DNA of 64,000 bases from Octopus vulgaris (GCA_951406725.2 OX597828.1:47058001-47122000), one strand, 5' to 3'. Numbered from the stretch's first letter, positions 24,755-37,985 are shown. The notes: generated by a model from the sequence alone, not told the origin. Numbers and translations: made by a program.

Positions 24755-24960
24755 AAGGGGCATGGCTCAGTGGCTAGGGGTATTCGGCCCACGATCGTAA
24801 AGTCCTGAGTACGATTTCCTGCGGCGCGCTATGTTTTTGAGTAAGGTACTCTACTCCACCTTGTTGTAGTCCACTTTGCTGGCAAAAATGAGTCGTAGCT
24901 GTAATTCAATGGAGCCAATCTTATCACATTTTATGTGCGGTTGAATCTCCCAGAGAACTG
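24755..24960 (+). mobile_element. Degenerate SINE (head D, tail Z)
   Basis: Diverged match to 23350-23675. Confidence 0.65.
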
Positions 24961-24990
24961 GTATGATTATTATTATTATTATTATTGTTA

Positions 24991-25244
24991 TTTTTTTCTT
25001 TCAAATTTGCTTCCATTTCTTGCCGAGTGTCTTCCCGACTCCTAGGGCAAAGAAACTCATAGTACACATTGGTAGGCCATTAAACCAAACTCAATAGTTC
25101 GTTCTGTTTTTTTTTTTGTTTTTTTTTTAAGTTAAATTAAAATACATGGGTAGTAATAGTTCTCACATCTACAATGCTCTTCTCAATACGTGTGATGTAC
25201 CAGTTAAGACAATCTTTTGCACTTCTTGCAGGGATGGTTGGCAG
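24991..25244 (-). mobile_element. 3' end of a Dong/R4-like LINE inserted in (TAA)n
   Basis: Translates PSLQEVQKIVLTGTSHVLRRAL*; flanked on both sides by (TTA)n. Confidence 0.7.
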
Positions 25245-25311
<67 letters not shown>

Positions 25312-25404
25312 CATCATTATCATCATCATCATCATCATTATTATTATTGTTATTGTTGTTGTTGTTGTTATTATTATTTATTTACTTTTTTTTTTTTCAA
25401 ATTC

Positions 25405-25620
25405 TGTAAGCCGACAGAATCGTTAGGACGCCGGGCAAAATGCTTAGCGGAATTTTCTCTGTCTTTACGTTCTCAGTTCAAATTCCGCCAGGAACGACTT
25501 CGCATTTCATTCTTTCGGGGGGTCAATGAAATAAGTACTTGTCAAACAGTGGAATCAGCATAACCGACTTACCCACTCTCACGAACTTGCTGGCCTTGTG
25601 TCAAGATTTGAAACCATTAT
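25405..25620 (+). mobile_element. Degenerate SINE family B
   Basis: Similarity to the family. Confidence 0.7.
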
Positions 25621-26049
25621 TAGTGTATATCCGCCTATCACACACCCAAGGATAACTGAACCTCTATAATTAATGGTTCGGCTTCGCGTTTCAAGTTTCC
25701 ATCTGTCAAGCACACCCAACATTCTTTATACTTCTAGTATCTTCACTTTGTTGCGTAAATCGGCCATGTAATTCAGTCTCTTTCCAATAAGTTGTCCCGC
25801 TGTACTTTCTATTCTTGAATACTCTTACTATTTCAGCGACTTGTGGATATTTATATATATTTTTTTTTTCTCCATGCATAACAATTTTTCAGACCCATTA
25901 TCGCAATTCTGATGGTGACTTCTGCGTTTAACAAACCTCTGCCACCTTACTTTTATGCGAAGTTGAGCATGTCGATATTACTTGCTTATTGCACCGTTTG
26001 AGCAACTTCGTAGTCCTATCCAATTCCTGTATCTGACATTTAAAATCGT

Positions 26050-26280
26050 TAGCGTATGTGTGTGTGTGCGCATGTGTGTTGCCTTTGTGTCAGTGTTTGT
26101 CTCCCACCACAGCTTGACAACCGATGTAGGTGTGTTTACGTTCTCGTAAGTTAGCGGTTCCTCAAAAGAGACCGAATAAGTACGAGGCGTTAATAAAACG
26201 TAAGTGTTGGGGGTCGATTCATTCGAGTAAAAGTTCTTCAAAACGGTGCCCCAGCATGGCCGCAATCTAATGATTGTTAT
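26050..26280 (+). mobile_element. 3' half of a degenerate SINE family A
   Basis: gcttgacaaccgat...ggtgccccagcatggccgca. Confidence 0.75.
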
Positions 26281-26285
26281 CACAC

Positions 26286-27292
26286 TGTTGCAATGTATTC
26301 GTTTATCCATAAGGATATAACATCTGGCGACGAGGATCGTTTGAAACGCAAAAACAAATACAACAACAACAAGAATACGAGGCTCAGACGCAAAAAGCTC
26401 TAAGGTGTTTTCAGCGGAGAGTGATTGCGACGGAAAAACAAGAAAATTCGTGCACGTAAAAATAAATGATGTGAATACTAAATTACAGTTAGACACAGGT
26501 AGTGACTTCTCCATTATAAACATGGATACTTAGAAAAAAATTTGTAAACCAAGATTACATAAAACAACGAAAGTAGGGCGTGGTGTAACGGCGATAAATT
26601 ATATTTCATGGGCAAAACACGTATCGACGTCACATTTCGATGAGAGACACACGAAGCAAAATTGGTTAGAACTATTCGATTTATGACACCTCCTCTTAAA
26701 TCTTTACCGCAATAACATAAATGGTTGACATTATAGATGAAACACAGACGAAAGTCAGGAGACAGGAAAATAAGGTGTTGTACGGGCGGCGGTCAGGCCG
26801 AGAATGAAAGATCTTGTCTTCGGAAGAACTGAAGAAAAAAATTGAAAAAAAATTGGAAAAAAAGGTCCCACAAGTGTTATCAGAGGATTTAGGTCAATGT
26901 AGAAAGACGGAAGCCAATTTCCAAGTAAGGGCAAACGCTGTACCTGTATTTAAAGCAAACAGAAAAGTACAGTTCGCGGCAATTGAAACCGTAAATGAAG
27001 AGTTGGACAGACTCGAAAAAGTGGAGTCATTAAAAAGGTGGATTACTCGAAGTGGGCGGCACCCATGGATTGTATCAAAAAATAATAATAATAAGATTAG
27101 GGTATGTGCCGATTTCTCTGCAGGATTGGACGACTGCTTAAAAACATAACACCATCCACTCCCAACTGCAGAGGACATTTTTTTAAAGTTAAATGGTGGA
27201 AAAAAAATTAAATTAAATCTGTCTGAAGCCTATTTACAGTTAAAAGTAAATGTAAAATGCTAAAAGTATTAGGCAATAAATACACATAGATT
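26286..27292 (+). mobile_element. Decayed Ty3/Gypsy (Mag-like) LTR retrotransposon: LTR stub, PBS, protease and RT remnants
   Basis: TGTTG...TAACA then TGGCGACGAGGAT; KLQLDTGSDFS; VPVFK..RKV.FA, EELDRLEK, WAAP, IRVCADFS, HPLPTAEDIF. Confidence 0.85.
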
Positions 27293-27319
27293 TTTTCATA
27301 GCATTTTTTCCGATGGCCG

Positions 27320-27380
27320 GATAACTGAAGAAATGGCGGCGTGGATTTCCACCTCGGCATCCGAAACTCAGAGTTTTACC
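27320..27380 (+). ncRNA. Type-I hammerhead ribozyme (family P3, copy 1)
   Basis: GATAA-CTGAAGA-AATG..GTGG attt CCAC..CATCC-GAAA-CTCAGAG-TT-TTACC. Confidence 0.65.
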
Positions 27381-27526
27381 ATGGCTACCGAATAATTTTC
27401 ACATATTACATTTACAGATAAATTCCTCTATTTACATAATATCGAGGTCTCTTTCATTCTTTTGTTGTCTTACCATTTTTATCAAAATATATATGTGTGT
27501 GCGTGTGTGTGTGTACACATACTTAC

Positions 27527-27579
<53 letters not shown>

Positions 27580-27582
<3 letters not shown>

Positions 27583-27720
27583 TACGAGCTTCTTTCAGTT
27601 TCCGGCTTTGGTTGGGCCGAGGTTATAGAAGAAGACACTTGTTCAAGGTACTTCGCAGTGGGACGGAACCCAGAACCATGTGGTCGGGAAGTAAGCTTCT
27701 TACCACACAACCACTCCTCC
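27580..27720 (-). mobile_element. 5' half of SINE family A
   Basis: Reverse complement of the head. Confidence 0.75.
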
Positions 27721-27835
27721 ATATGTATGCATGTATGTATGTATGTATGTATGTATGTATGTCTGCATGTATGTATGTATGTATATATGCATGTATGTAT
27801 GTATGTATGTATGTATGTATGTATGTATGTATGTA

Positions 27836-29088
27836 TGTTTGTCGGAAAGTAATTTCATTTTTTTACCACTATGAATCAATCAATCATGTCAGAGCCATGT
27901 TCGAATGGGCAGGAGGAGCTGTTTAGAAATAGTACATCATCTATTTTACCCAACAGCGTGTCATTCATAATTATATTAGTAATTAACAGCATGGAGGATA
28001 AGAACTTTAGGAAGCAACATATTTGCCATTGCTTACCGTCTGAGTTTCGAAAGAAAAGTACCGCTCCAGAAGCAATGAAAAACATTTGGTAGTTGTATCT
28101 GGACGTAGTGCAAGCTCGTACATATCAGCTGTGGTTTCAAAGGTTTAAAAATGGCGATTGTGACATATCCGTGAAACCTCGCCCTGGAAGACGATTCACT
28201 CTGAATGACAACCTTTTGAATGAGACTATTGTATCGGATCCACATCAAATCACCAGAGATTTGGCGCAAAGATTTAATACTCCTTGAAGACTTATGGTTA
28301 TTATTATAATTTTCAGGGTTTTTTAACGTTATCTGCATTGTTAAGCACGAGCACCTCAAACAAATTGGGAAAACGTGCAGAGAGGGATTCTGGGTTTCAC
28401 ATGAGCTTACGCTTGAGAACCGAATACAACACTCCACCATCTGCAGCAGTCTTCTAATCAGGGATAACAATCTGCCTTTTCTGCAGTGCATTGTTACAGG
28501 TGATGGAAAATGGGTTTTGCATAACAACAGAAAACAACAGAAAGACAATGGTTATCACATAATGAGAGGCCAATGCCAACTCCAAAAGCAGAACCCCATC
28601 CACAAAACTCCTAGCTCTGTGTTCAGTGGAACATGAAAGGCATGGTCCAACGTGAGCTACAGGAGCATGGAATTACCATCAATGCTAATGTCTATTGCCA
28701 GCAGCTTGATTGTGTAAATGAAAATCTACGTCGGAAGTGGCCAGTTTTGGTAAAAAGAAAAGCTGTTATTCTCCAACATAACAATGCACTGTCACCCTTT
28801 TCAAAACAAAGAAAAAATAAGATCGTTAGGATGGGAAGTTCTTTTACCTCCTCTATGCTCATCTGACTTAACACATACAGATTCCCATCAGTTTCGATCA
28901 CTAGAACATTTATGTAGCAAAACATTCAGAAACAGAGAGGAAATATAAAACAGTCGTTCAGCCGTTGGGCTGCAGTCGTTGGAAACCATGGAGACTACAT
29001 TCTTGATTAAAACTAATCAGATAAACGTAGTTTACATTCGTTTCTATAATCTTTCTCGTAAACCGCAATTACTTTTCCAACACCCTAA
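27836..29088 (+). mobile_element. Decayed mariner transposon with TIRs; transposase pseudogene from 27991
   Basis: WFQRFKNGD, PRPGR, WVSHEL, IVTGDGKW, YCQQLD, ILQHNNA; 3' TIR aaaccgcaattacttttccaacaccctaa-TA resembles the Hsmar1-type TIR. Confidence 0.9.
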
Positions 29089-29122
29089 TATAAATCCACG
29101 CCGCCATTTTTTCCGATGGCCG

Positions 29123-29183
29123 GATAACTGAAGAGATGGCGGCGTGGATTTCAACCTCGGCATCCGAAACTCGGAGTTTTATC
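29123..29183 (+). ncRNA. Type-I hammerhead ribozyme (family P3, copy 2)
   Basis: GATAA-CTGAAGA-GATG...CATCC-GAAA-CTCGGAG-TT-TTATC; perfect 5-bp stem I. Confidence 0.72.
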
Positions 29184-29560
29184 ATATCTACCGAATAATT
29201 GTCACATATTACATTTACAGATATATATGTGGGCTCCGTGTGAGCAGTCATCTAAAAGTTTTTTTGTGCATCTTGATGTTGACATAAGTTCCTTGCTTTT
29301 CCTGATGAGAAAGCGGCATAATATACTCCTTATTCCTTCGCAATTAGGAATATGCAGCCTTCGAAACATATGTCGAAAATAAAGGAAATTTGTTAATTCG
29401 TCGTTCAACTCCATTCTTTCATATATTTATAATTTTAAAAAAAACATGCAAATTTCCACACGAAAGCACGTAACTTCAAACGTGTCTTCTCTGATGTGAA
29501 TTTGCTACCCAGGTATCGGTTAACCGAATTATCCATAACAAGATAATTCATTCAACCACT

Positions 29561-29626
<66 letters not shown>

Positions 29627-31029
29627 GGCAGCGGTGATGGAGAGCGCTTATAGATATCAATGGTGGCAGTGATTAAGTTAAGTGGTGACGGTGACAATGA
29701 AGGTGAGAGCTGGCCTTTTATATGCAACTACCCTTCAGTTTTACACGTACTGATTTCATTTTCATATTCAGATTCAGCCATGCTGGTTGCTGTACCACGA
29801 TGTCACATATGCTGGCTTCCATAACCTAGTTTCATACATTCTGTCTTCCCATACATCAGTTCTATACGAGCTTCCATACCCCAGTTTTGTACATGCTGTC
29901 TTCTACCTCACAGTTCTATACGGGCTTCAATACATTAGATTCACGCATAGTGGCCCCCATACTTCAGTTTTACCCAAGCCGGTTTCAGTGCTTCAATTTC
30001 ACATATGTTGGCTTCCATACCTCATTTTCTCGCAATACTCCAGTTTCAACATGAAAGTTTGCAGCCTTGTTGTTAAACCAGGATATACAATTGCAGTTTG
30101 TTTGCATCACTAATGCCCAATCTCACTCATGCTGCGAGATTTAAGAGGCTTTACATAAGCACGCTTTCAAACAGATAAGGTTTGTTGACACTCCTGGCTG
30201 GTTGTTGATACATGCACATACATATAATTTCACTGACGTCAGAGAGGTCATTCCATGACAATTTATAGTCATACTTGTCCCGCATGACAATTATACATCG
30301 ACTAAAAATCACAATCAAGGACAAGATTAGGAACACAAGGACGTCCAAAGGTAGAGTGGCATCGTTGAAGATGGACAACGTTTTGTATTAAAATCAAAAG
30401 TTGCCGAAAATACTCTCAAATTATTTATTGATTTGATGCAAAATTTTCTAAATCCCTTATTTTCTTACACGTGTTCAGGAATTCATGGAATTCATACTTA
30501 GTATGTTGTTTAGCCACAGATCAGCCCAGATCATGAAGGTTTATGATAAAAGAAATGAATCCAACTGTTACCATTCCATCATTTTTCAAATAGTGTACAT
30601 CTGAAATGGAACGACCTCATATGCCACCACGCCTTTCATACGGTAGGGTGTTTTAGAGAAAACTGGTTACTATTGTTAGGAGGTATAGTAACCGGTCAAA
30701 AATGTTAATGGTTGGTTTAAAGACTCTGTAAGTTAACAAAGATTCGGCACACCGAATTTTGCGATTTGGTTTTGATTCCAAGTATGAACCGCTTTGCCTT
30801 TACTCTGATAATTCTCCTGAAAATCAAATGCACATTGAACCATCTAATCTTGATGGTGTAAAGATTAAACTTTAAACAAGGTCTAGGGTTAGAAATTGCG
30901 TCTACAGGTTTACTGTAAGGAGTACGAATCCAAACCAGTAAAAGAGGCTTTAGGTAGCCATTGTATCTGCTAAAAGACGCAGTCAAATCCTTTATAAATT
31001 TCCTCCTGTAGTTTTCAATAAAGAAATAA

Positions 31030-31152
31030 CACATGATCCAATGCTAGGAATATCATTAGGAGAACATATTCGGAATGAGATGATTCGAGAACGGAACACC
31101 GTGAACGATTTGATTGTAGAATATCGAAAGCACAAGTTCCGTTGGGCCGGAC
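31030..31152 (+). mobile_element. RTE LINE ORF fragment
   Basis: MLGISLGEHIRNEMIRER..V.D....KFRWAG, typical of the RTE region after RT. Confidence 0.75.
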
Positions 31153-31157
31153 GCGAA

Positions 31158-31832
31158 TTTTTTTTTCCCACGAGAGTTCCGAACCCCAGCAATGAACTCA
31201 TTTGCATACAGCCAATCAGAGCTCACCTTAAAAAATCCGCATACTGTGGACTACTACAGTACAGCCAGTGAGGCATAGGATAGTGTATGCCACTCTGTGT
31301 GTATAGCATAGCAGTTCTCACATAAGTACTACATCCCCCCACTCCACCATCTTCATAGATCAATTGAGCACTATCTATATATGGAGCTAACATTAGGTAC
31401 CTATGCTCAGACTGACATTAGTAATACTGCATGTATCCATTGATATATGCAAGGAGGGCGCAATACGACACGACGCCATATTGATTACGATGTTTCCAGA
31501 TCAACACCAACATTTTAAATTAGGAATGTACAAAATCAGTCAAAAAATTAGGAAACTACACTCATTTACATTTTCTAGTAAATTAAACAAATTGGCAACA
31601 CTTATAGCATCATCGGTGAGCAGTTTTCCATTCACTTTATACACCAAATTTCACATTTGTAAACCCTATTAACCCATTTAGAGTAGTTAGATTTTGCTAT
31701 AAAACACATTTTCCTCTGAACTCAACCAGAATATTTTCGTGACTAGGTGGACACTAGTTTGATAGTTGAGCTCTGATTGGTTGTATGCAAATGAATTCAT
31801 AACTGGGGTCCGAAACTCTCGTGGGAAAAAAA
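31158..31832. mobile_element. MITE / non-autonomous DNA transposon with ~70-bp TIRs
   Basis: ttttcccacgagagttccgaaccccag...atttgcatacagccaatcagagctca mirrored at 31765-31832. Confidence 0.8.
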
Positions 31833-31934
31833 TATCGCAGATCGAGCATGCCACTTCCACATTCAATTGCTTTATCGCTTTTATAAACTTGTACGCAACG
31901 TGATGGATTGACAGAATAGCAGAATAGCTGAAAT

Positions 31935-33175
31935 AATGGTTCCAAATTTTGGCACAAGACGAGCAATTTTGAGTGAGTGAGTTAAGTCGGTTGCATTGAA
32001 CCAGGTACTCATCTAATATTTATTTTATCGATCCTGAAAGGATGAAAGACAAAGTATACCTCGGCTGAATTTGAACTCGGAACGTAAAGACGAACGAAAA
32101 GCTGCTAAGCATTTTGTCCGGCGTGCTAAAGATTCTCCCAGTTTGCCGCCTCAGAATAGCTGTAATATCAGGGCGGTGAGCTGGCAGAACCGTTAGCACG
32201 CCGGGCGAAATGCTTATCGGTATTTCGTCTGCTGCTACGTTCTGAGTTCAAATTCCGCCGAGGTCGACTTTGCCTTTCATCCTTTCGGGGTCGATAAATT
32301 AAGTACCAGTTACGCACTGGGTTGATATAATCGACTTAGTCCGTTTGTCTGTCCTTGTTTGTCCTCTCTCTGGTTAGCCCCTTGTGGGTAGTAAAGAAAT
32401 AGGTATTTCGTCTGCCGCTACGTTCTGAGTTCAAATTCCGCCGAGGTCGACTTTGCCTTTCATCCTTTCGGGGTCGATTAATAAGTTCCAGTTACGCACT
32501 GGGGTCGATGCAATCGACTTAATCCCTTTATCTATCCTTGTTTGTTCCCTCTATGTTTAGCCTCCTGTGGGCAATAAAGAAATAAATAGCTGAAATATCA
32601 GAGGGGGGAAAGAAAGATGGCTTTAAATATTAGCACAAATGTGGCAAATTCAGTCGATTACATTGAACCCAGTGTATCAATGGTACTTATTTCATCGACC
32701 CGGAAAGGGTGAAAGACAATGTCGATCATGCTGGAATTTGAACTCAGAATTTACAGACGGACGAAATGTCGCTAAGCATTTTGCCCAGCGTGCTAACGAT
32801 TCTGCCAAACAAATACCGCGTGGTATTTAATTCGGTTACGACAAAGTTCAAACCTCACTAAAGGCCATCTTTGCCTTTTTATCGTTGGGACTCGTTGAAA
32901 TAAAGTACTAGTTAAGTACTGCTGTCAATGGTGCCAAATCATCTCTTACCTATTTCTTTACTACCCACAAGGGGCTAAACACAGAGGGGACAAACAAGGA
33001 CAGACAAACGGATTAAGTCGATTATATCGACCCCAGTGCATAACTGATACTTAATTTATCGAATCCGAAAGGATGAAAGGCAAAGTCGACCTCGGCGGAA
33101 TTTGAACTCAGAACGTAGCGGCAGACGAAGTACGGCTACGCATTTCGCCCGGCGTGCTAACGTTGCTGCCAGCTC
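31935..33175. mobile_element. Cluster of about six SINE family B copies in both orientations (tandem dimer at 32170-32585)
   Basis: Repeated family-B motifs on both strands. Confidence 0.85.
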
Positions 33176-33292
33176 TCCGTCTTCTTAACCAAACCTCTGT
33201 GCCTGCATTTAGGGACGTGTGTGTGCACGTGAGTGTTTGTGTGAGTGTGCGCGCGAGAGTATTTGCGTGCGAAAGCATGGTTGTGCGTGTGT

Positions 33293-33392
<100 letters not shown>

Positions 33393-33637
33393 ATGTGTGT
33401 GTGTCTATCTCTGTGTGCATGTCTGTGAGTCTGAGATTGTGTTTGTATGTTGGTGCAATATTGTTGGATTTTTTGCAACCATGAGGTCTTGTGTTCGATT
33501 CCACTGAGTGTCATTTTCTATAACCTCAAGTGAAGCCATACTTCGTATGAGTCGATGAAAATTATTTAGAAGCTCCTTGAGTGGGTTACAGCTATTATTT
33601 TAAAGAATTAATAATGAAATCTCTTCTTACATAACTG

Positions 33638-33806
33638 ATGCGCAGGCGTCGCTGCAGGGTAAGAAGCTTGTTTTCCAACCACATGGTTCCAGGTTCTCTC
33701 CCACTGCATAGCAGACTTAGGCACGTGTCTTCTACTAAAAAATTCGGGCATAACAAAGCAATATGAGTGGATTTGGTAGACGGAAAGTAAATGAAGCTAG
33801 TCGTAT

Positions 33807-33874
<68 letters not shown>

Positions 33875-34135
33875 ATGTGTGTTTGTCTGTGTGTGTGGTT
33901 GTATGTGCGTGTGTGTTGTCTTTGTGTCTATGTTTGTCTTCCACCACCGCTTGACAACTGGTGTTGATGTGTTAATGTCTCCGTAACCTAGCGGTACGGC
34001 AAAGGAGACCGATAGAATAAGTACCAGGCTTAAAAAGTAAACAAGTGCTTGGGTCGATTCGATCTACTAAATTAAAATTCTTCAAGGCGCTGCTCCAGCA
34101 TGGCCACTATCAAATGATTGAAACACGTAAAAAGA
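33638..34135 (+). mobile_element. Diverged SINE family A
   Basis: Head, (GT)n and tail all present. Confidence 0.8.
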
Positions 34136-34612
34136 AACACGGTACACTGTGTATCATGTTGATTCTGCCTGAGTATTATGTTCAGGGTACATATGCCTGT
34201 GGAATACTCAGCCACTTGGACATTAAATCCAGAGCAAACTATTCATTTGATCGAATCACTGAATCCTCATCGTCGAACGACGGAGATCCACCACTACCCT
34301 AATGCACTCAAGCCTACATATATGTGCGTGTGTATGTGTAGTTTTGTGAGCATTTGTGTGTTTGTGCATGTGTATGTGTGTGTATATGTGTCTGTGTATC
34401 AAATTACCATCTCGTGATGGCATCGCTATTCCTTAGAAATCCGCTTCAAAGACAAAACCATTGGACATTAACCAACTTTTTCAACGCTTCGAAAACAACC
34501 CTACAAGCTCATCTATTGGTCGTTAACCAACAACATCTCCACCAATCAAAGACGGTTCAAGCATACGTTTATCATTTGCCTTGTTATTATTATTATTATC
34601 ATTCTAACTCGA

Positions 34613-34825
34613 TAAGGCGGATAACTGGCAGTATTGTTAGCATACCGGGTAACAATGCTTAGCAGTATTTCATGTCCTTACGTTCTGAGTTCAAATTCCG
34701 TCAAGGTCGACTTTACTTTTCATCCTTTCGGAGTCAATAAAATAAACACCAGTTGAACACTGGGGTCGATGTAATCGACTTATCCCCTCTCCAAAATGGC
34801 GGTCCTTGTGGCAAAATTTGAAATT
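34613..34825 (+). mobile_element. SINE family B
   Basis: Family motifs. Confidence 0.75.
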
Positions 34826-35043
34826 ATTATCATTCTCTCTCTAACCCTTTCTTCCCTACTTCGTTCTTTAAATTATTTCCTTCGATCCTTTTTTTTTTTT
34901 CTTGGTGTTTTTATTCCTTTTCGTTGAATTTTCGCAAATTTTCTCCTAAACATCCTTCGGGTTTTTTCTTTTTTTCTTTTCGTTTGCATCCTTCGTGTTC
35001 ATTCTCTCTCGATTATTTTCCATCTTTCTTGTTTGCGTGTATA

Positions 35044-35084
<41 letters not shown>

Positions 35085-35088
35085 TGTA

Positions 35089-35250
35089 TCGCAGGAGTGA
35101 CTGTGTGGTAAGTAGCTAACTTACCAACCACGTGGTTCCGGGCTCAGTCCCGCTGCGTGGCACCTTGGGCAAGTGTCTTCCACTTCAGCCTCGGGCCGAC
35201 CAAATCCTTGTGAGTGGATATGATAGACAGAAACTGAAAGAAGCTCGTCG

Positions 35251-35328
<78 letters not shown>

Positions 35329-35440
35329 CGTGTGTGTGTGTGTGTGCGCGCGTGTGTATGTGTATATGTTTGTGTCTATGTGTTCGTTGTCCCCCCCATC
35401 ATCGCTTGACTACTGATATGTTTACGTCCTTGTAACTTAG
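35089..35440 (+). mobile_element. SINE family A, 3'-truncated by the adjacent inverted repeat
   Basis: Ends at tgtaacttag where the inverted arm starts. Confidence 0.8.
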
Positions 35441-36224
35441 GTGTAAAGCGATAAGTTGGGGGTAAGAATGAGGGTAAGGGTAAAGATTAGAAATAAAAAA
35501 TACAGTATAAAATAAGAAATACAATGTAATAGTTAGAAATGAGGTATAAGAATTATAAAAATTATAAGAGTTAAGGTAAGGGATGAAAATGAAAATGAGA
35601 ATAAATGGAAGTAGAATAAAAGTAAAAATAAAATTAAAAATAAAAATAAATGGAAGTGGGATAAATGTAAAAATAAAAGTAAAACTAAAAATAAAATAAA
35701 ATAAGATAAAAATATAATTTTGTAAAGTTTAACATGAGATGGAGGTGGTTGAAAGTTAGAGGTGTGTGTTAATTCCCTAAATATTTCTTCTCCTACACCC
35801 ATATCCTCCCTATGTAGTCTCTTTAATTCCCTATATCTATACCCTTTCACACTTCTAACTCAGATGTTGAACGCACACCGCCAAACTCCACTTCCCACCC
35901 TTCCAATTTTCAGTTCCCCCCGCCCGCCCCTACGTTTAACACACACCTCTAACTTTCAACCACCTCCATCTCATGTTAAACTTTACAAAATTATATTTTT
36001 ATCTTATTTTATTTTATTTTTAGTTTTACTTTTATTTTTACTTTTATCCTACTTCCATTTATTCTCATTTTCATTTTCATCCCTTACCTTAACTCTTATA
36101 ATTTTTATAATTCTTATACCTCATTTCTAACTATTACATTGTATTTCTTATTTTATACTGTATTTTTTATTTCTAATCTTTACCCTTACCCTCATTCTTA
36201 CCCCTAACTTATCGCTTTACACCT
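35439..36224. repeat. Long inverted repeat (arms 35439-35772 and 35936-36224, ~163-bp spacer), PLE-type inversion
   Basis: Arms are reverse complements; mirrored ORFs in the track. Confidence 0.92.
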
Positions 36225-37387
36225 CTATATATGTTTATTTACTTACCTATGGATCCATCTTTTGAATATACGAGCGTCCGCGTACGTGTGTACACGCATA
36301 CATACATATGCACGCGCATATATGTACATGCATACTTCGATATCTTATAACTATACCCATGTGCACGTGTGTCTCTCTGTGTGTGTGTATGGGTGTATAT
36401 GTGCACGCACATACGGACACACAGCCGTGTGTGCGTGCGCGTATTGACATGAGTACGGGATTCTTTACTTAAGTTCTTAGACACATCCTTTAATATCTTA
36501 TACCCGGACCTAGAGGCGTGGGCATATACGTGTGTGTATGTAGTGATGGACGCGCGTATATACATGTGAGCGTGTACGCGCGTAATGTCCGTGTATATAT
36601 GCGGATATTCTGTTGTATGTATGTGTGTGTACGCGCGTGCGTGTGGGTGCGTGTGTGGTTATGGACGTGTTTAAACGCGAGTGCGTGTGTATGCTTATAT
36701 GCTTGGAGGCGTATATGTACGCGTGTATGTGGGTGTATGTATCCATGATGATATGTATGTACCAGAAGTCCATTTAATTCAAGGAACCAGATTAAATGCT
36801 CATCAGCTCTGATTTACAACGCATTAAGTCCCCAGACGAAACTGTTGATTTACTGTTGATTTACTGACAATTCTACAACTAAATTTTATCAATCTCCTGA
36901 CCACCATGCTTGGTCCGTAACCTCTATACATCCCTTATCTTTACATTCTTTTACACTTTTATCATGGTTTTATCAGATTCTTTTACTTTTATTTCTATTT
37001 ATTTTTATTTTTATTTCTATTTTTATTTTTACTTTATAACCTTATGCCTTTACATTTATTTACATTTCTTTATATTTCTTTAGACCCCCTTTACATCTCC
37101 TTACAACTCTTTATCCTCTACATTTTTATATTATTCTATACTTACACTTTTCATACATTTTTATCCCTCGTCCCGAACTCTCGCCCCTCCATCTTCACCT
37201 CTATATATGTATTTATTTATTTACATTACCTCAACATCCAATTTTCCTCATTCTACATTGAGAGAAGAAAGAGATGGACGCTTCAATTCTATGCTGCTGC
37301 CGCATTATGTCGTACGTGGATGAGAGGATTTGCATCCCCAACCAAGAATTTTTGATGTAACACATGTCCTTGCGGAAGCTGTTGTGC

Positions 37388-37465
37388 GCGGCTGAAGAAG
37401 GCCACAGACATACATTATGCATTGTTATAAATCTGTCTAATAAAGGCCCGAAACATATGTACCGC
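37388..37465 (+). ncRNA. Type-I hammerhead ribozyme in a PLE-like segment (~36900-37590)
   Basis: GCGG-CTGAAGA-AGGCC...GGCCC-GAAA-CATATG-TA-CCGC. Confidence 0.8.
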
Positions 37466-37584
37466 TGAATCCTTCGCATCATGTTTTTATTTTATTTTGA
37501 TCAATTTACTCCACCACCTACACCACCAAACGGTATACACAGGTGCTTATAATTATCAAGTACTCACCCCGAATTTCTATACTC

Positions 37585-37681
<97 letters not shown>

Positions 37682-37714
37682 TGTATGTATGTATGTATCA
37701 CCTTCGAAAGCAGG

Positions 37715-37985
37715 TTTAAACGAATTTTTTAGACGTTACCCTGAACTTGGAAAATGGCCTATTCTATCATGATTAAAAGGATAATAAGACTATCCAGTAT
37801 ATCAACGTATCATCTAACCATCCAAAAAGTGTTATTAACAGTATAATTAAAGGGTATCAATTAGGATTTCTAATCTATCTGCCAACGAGCAAATTTTTAA
37901 TAATTACTCTCACGCGTATAATCTGGCCCTTAAGAATAGTGGCTTTAACAGGAATATAACATACATAAAAAATACTATATTTAGA
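37715..37985 (+). pseudogene. Penelope-like RT C-terminal (thumb) remnant
   Basis: NFLDVTLNLENGLFY..., YINVSSNHPKSVI, RISNLSANEQIF, YNLALKNSGF, with stop and frameshifts. Confidence 0.75.
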
